A stretch of DNA of 57,036 nt from Candidatus Pacearchaeota archaeon (GTDB lineage: Archaea > Nanobdellota > Nanobdellia > Pacearchaeales > GW2011-AR1), in assembly GCA_018303885.1 (NCBI GenBank), contig JAGVXG010000004.1:1-57036 (forward strand), given 5' to 3'. The position numbers and the translations under genes were made by a program. The stretch's first letter is position 1, and every line of letters begins with the position of its first letter. A model generated the notes under the pieces. It was not told the origin of the DNA. It did no database searches and saw nothing but the letters and a program-made list of their open reading frames with translations. Below, one piece after another: positions 55,059 through 57,036 of this stretch.

Positions 55059-56069
55059 ATGGTGGAAATTTTAGTTTTAATATCTTTTTTTATAAGCTTT
55101 TTTTTGGTCTTTTTTACAATCCCGTTCTGGATCAGAAAAGCCAAAGCGACAGGATTAATATGGGAGGATATGAATAAGCCAGGAAAGCCAAAAAATGTTG
55201 CGGGGTCTGGCGGTATTGTCGTCGTGGTCGCCTTTGTCGTTGGAGTTTTATATTATATTGCGATAAGAACTTTTTTCATAAAAGCTCAAAATGGTATAAG
55301 CCTTGAAATTTTTGCTTTATTAAGTGTAGTTCTTATTTTAGCAATAGTTGGAATTATTGATGATCTTCTTGGATGGAAACATAAGGGGCTTTCAAAAAGA
55401 ACAAGAATTTTTTTGGCGTTTGTTGCTTCCATACCCCTTGTTGTTATCAATGCTGGAAGTTCTGCTATGAGTTTTCCATTTTTAGGGGAAGTAAACTTAG
55501 GAATTTTATACCCTATTTTTCTTATTCCTTTAGGAATTGCTGGTGCAACAACAACTTATAATTTTCTCGCAGGATTCAATGGGCTTGAAGCAGGACAGGG
55601 AATTCTAATTTTGAGCTTTTTGTCTCTTGTTGCTTATAAAACCGGTTCGTCATGGTTAGCTGTTGTAGGACTAATAATGGTCTTTGCTTTGCTGGGTTTT
55701 TGGTTTTATAACAGATACCCCGCTAAAGTTTTTCCAGGCGATTCTCTTACGTGGACAATTGGCGCCTTAATCGCAGGAATGGCAATTCTTGGAAATTTTG
55801 AAAAAATAGCGGCCTTTGTATTTATACCATATATACTTGAGACAGTATTAAAATTAAGAGGAAATCTTGACAAATACTCTTTTGGCAAACCAAATAAAGA
55901 CGGAAGCTTGGAAATGCCTTATAACAAAATTTATGGACTTGAACATTTGTCAATTTACATCTTGAAAAAGTTGAAGCCAAGTAAAAAAGTTTATGAGAAT
56001 GATGTAACTTATTTGATTCATGGATTCCAAATTTTATTAATAGTTATAGCCTTTTTTATATTCCTCTAA
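55059..56069 (+). CDS. UDP-GlcNAc:dolichol-phosphate GlcNAc-1-phosphate transferase (AglH/GPT, MraY-like family)
   Basis: GIIDD, NFLAGFNGLE, NRYPAKVFPGD; about 10 TMs. Confidence 0.9.
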   Translation: MVEILVLISFFISFFLVFFTIPFWIRKAKATGLIWEDMNKPGKPKNVAGSGGIVVVVAFVVGVLYYIAIRTFFIKAQNGISLEIFALLSVVLILAIVGIIDDLLGWKHKGLSKRTRIFLAFVASIPLVVINAGSSAMSFPFLGEVNLGILYPIFLIPLGIAGATTTYNFLAGFNGLEAGQGILILSFLSLVAYKTGSSWLAVVGLIMVFALLGFWFYNRYPAKVFPGDSLTWTIGALIAGMAILGNFEKIAAFVFIPYILETVLKLRGNLDKYSFGKPNKDGSLEMPYNKIYGLEHLSIYILKKLKPSKKVYENDVTYLIHGFQILLIVIAFFIFL

Positions 56070-56083
56070 TAACTATTTAAAAA

Positions 56084-56935
56084 TCAATTGAAAATCAACG
56101 GCGTTAAATAGACTTCCACCACCGCCGCAATAACAAGAATTGCCAGTGCTATAAAAAGAAGCACAGCAGTATTTTCAAGCACGTGCAAAAATCTTTTGTC
56201 TTTTATCCCGTTTCGCAAAACCCCCACGCCAAAAATTCCTCCCGCCAAAGCAGCTATGAAGTATGCCGCAATTTCAGGGAAGCCATGAATCATGTATCTT
56301 AAAATTCCAGAAGGTATGTCGCTGATTTTGTTCTGCGCAAAAATGCTTATAGCAGTAGCAATGACGCTTGCATTCCACGCCAAAACAAAAATAGCCCCAG
56401 CCCCAAATATTAATGACAGTATAAGCGTAAATATCATAACATAAACATTGTTTTCTATTATTGAAAGAAGCCTGATTTCTTTTACAGCTGCTCCTGTTCC
56501 TTTAGTAAAATCATATCCTTTGACACAAGATTCTATATTTCCAGGACTATTTATCCTGCAGAATGTTTCTATCTGAGCATTGAAAAGGTTTGAATCTTGA
56601 AGAATAATATACCAAAAAGAAAAAGCAATGATAAATCCAAGAAAAAGCCATAAAAATGAATAAATTGCATCTTTGTGAATTTTCCAAACACCAAGAGAGC
56701 CAAATACTTCTTCATCTTCTGCCTCTTCCTCCCGGATTATGAAATACATGAATGGAAGGATCAGCATGACACAAAAAGTAATGACAATTATTCCAGAATA
56801 CCCAGAAAGCACAACATCTTTCCCAAAAAACCATTTTACCAGAATTAGAGAAAGGGACGCATAAAGAATTCCAATGAAAAGCATTTTCCACGGCCCCTTT
56901 TCAAGTCTTCTTGGATTGAACATACTCTCTAACAT
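56084..56935 (-). CDS. SpoIIM-family membrane protein
   Basis: IIENN..V, WNASVIA, HGFPEIAAY..A..AGG. Confidence 0.78.
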   Translation of the reverse strand: MLESMFNPRRLEKGPWKMLFIGILYASLSLILVKWFFGKDVVLSGYSGIIVITFCVMLILPFMYFIIREEEAEDEEVFGSLGVWKIHKDAIYSFLWLFLGFIIAFSFWYIILQDSNLFNAQIETFCRINSPGNIESCVKGYDFTKGTGAAVKEIRLLSIIENNVYVMIFTLILSLIFGAGAIFVLAWNASVIATAISIFAQNKISDIPSGILRYMIHGFPEIAAYFIAALAGGIFGVGVLRNGIKDKRFLHVLENTAVLLFIALAILVIAAVVEVYLTPLIFN

Positions 56936-57036
56936 TATATGAATAAAAAAAGAGAATTTTTAAACTTTCTTGAAAGCTTAAACCAATTTGATTCAAACAG
57001 CAAAAGATATAAAACCCCTAATTAGTCAAATTTTTA

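Noticed and set aside
2749-55888. Numerous 60-180 aa ORFs antisense or off-frame to recognised genes (e.g. 2749-3231, 13424-13969, 34936-35427)
   Set aside because: Fully overlap confident genes, show typical antisense codon signatures and lack motifs.

Overview
AT-rich, compact archaeal chromosome segment. The markers rpl18e, rpl21e, RpoD/F/N, Rpp21, AglB, a tRNA intron and BRE-TATA promoters place it in Archaea; a DPANN lineage, most likely Pacearchaeota-like, is my inference. From 1 to 23 kb: two surface-protein genes, housekeeping genes, two fragments of the ribosomal protein/RNA polymerase superoperon with single foreign genes inserted, a lone 5S rRNA, four tRNAs, a MacB-type ABC/COG1361 cluster, a free-standing LAGLIDADG endonuclease abutting tRNA-Gly, and secF-secD. 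From 23 to 56 kb: a ~33 kb surface-glycan locus ending in AglB and an AglH/GPT-type transferase. It holds seven SDR domains, three nucleotidyltransferases, two NDP-hexose C-methyltransferases, an aminotransferase, GT2/GT4 enzymes and a flippase. Best leads: (1) a pyruvate-kinase/ATP-sulfurylase fusion beside APS kinase and a sulfotransferase, a putative self-recharging PAPS module for glycan sulfation; (2) a family of 50-bp ATGA-to-ATGA mini-ORF units at operon junctions; (3) an intron-containing tRNA-Leu with an AAG (A34) anticodon; (4) an apparent ATT start for rpoN. The first ~54 bases look like a fold-back assembly artefact. All family assignments come from motif recognition by eye; no searches were run.
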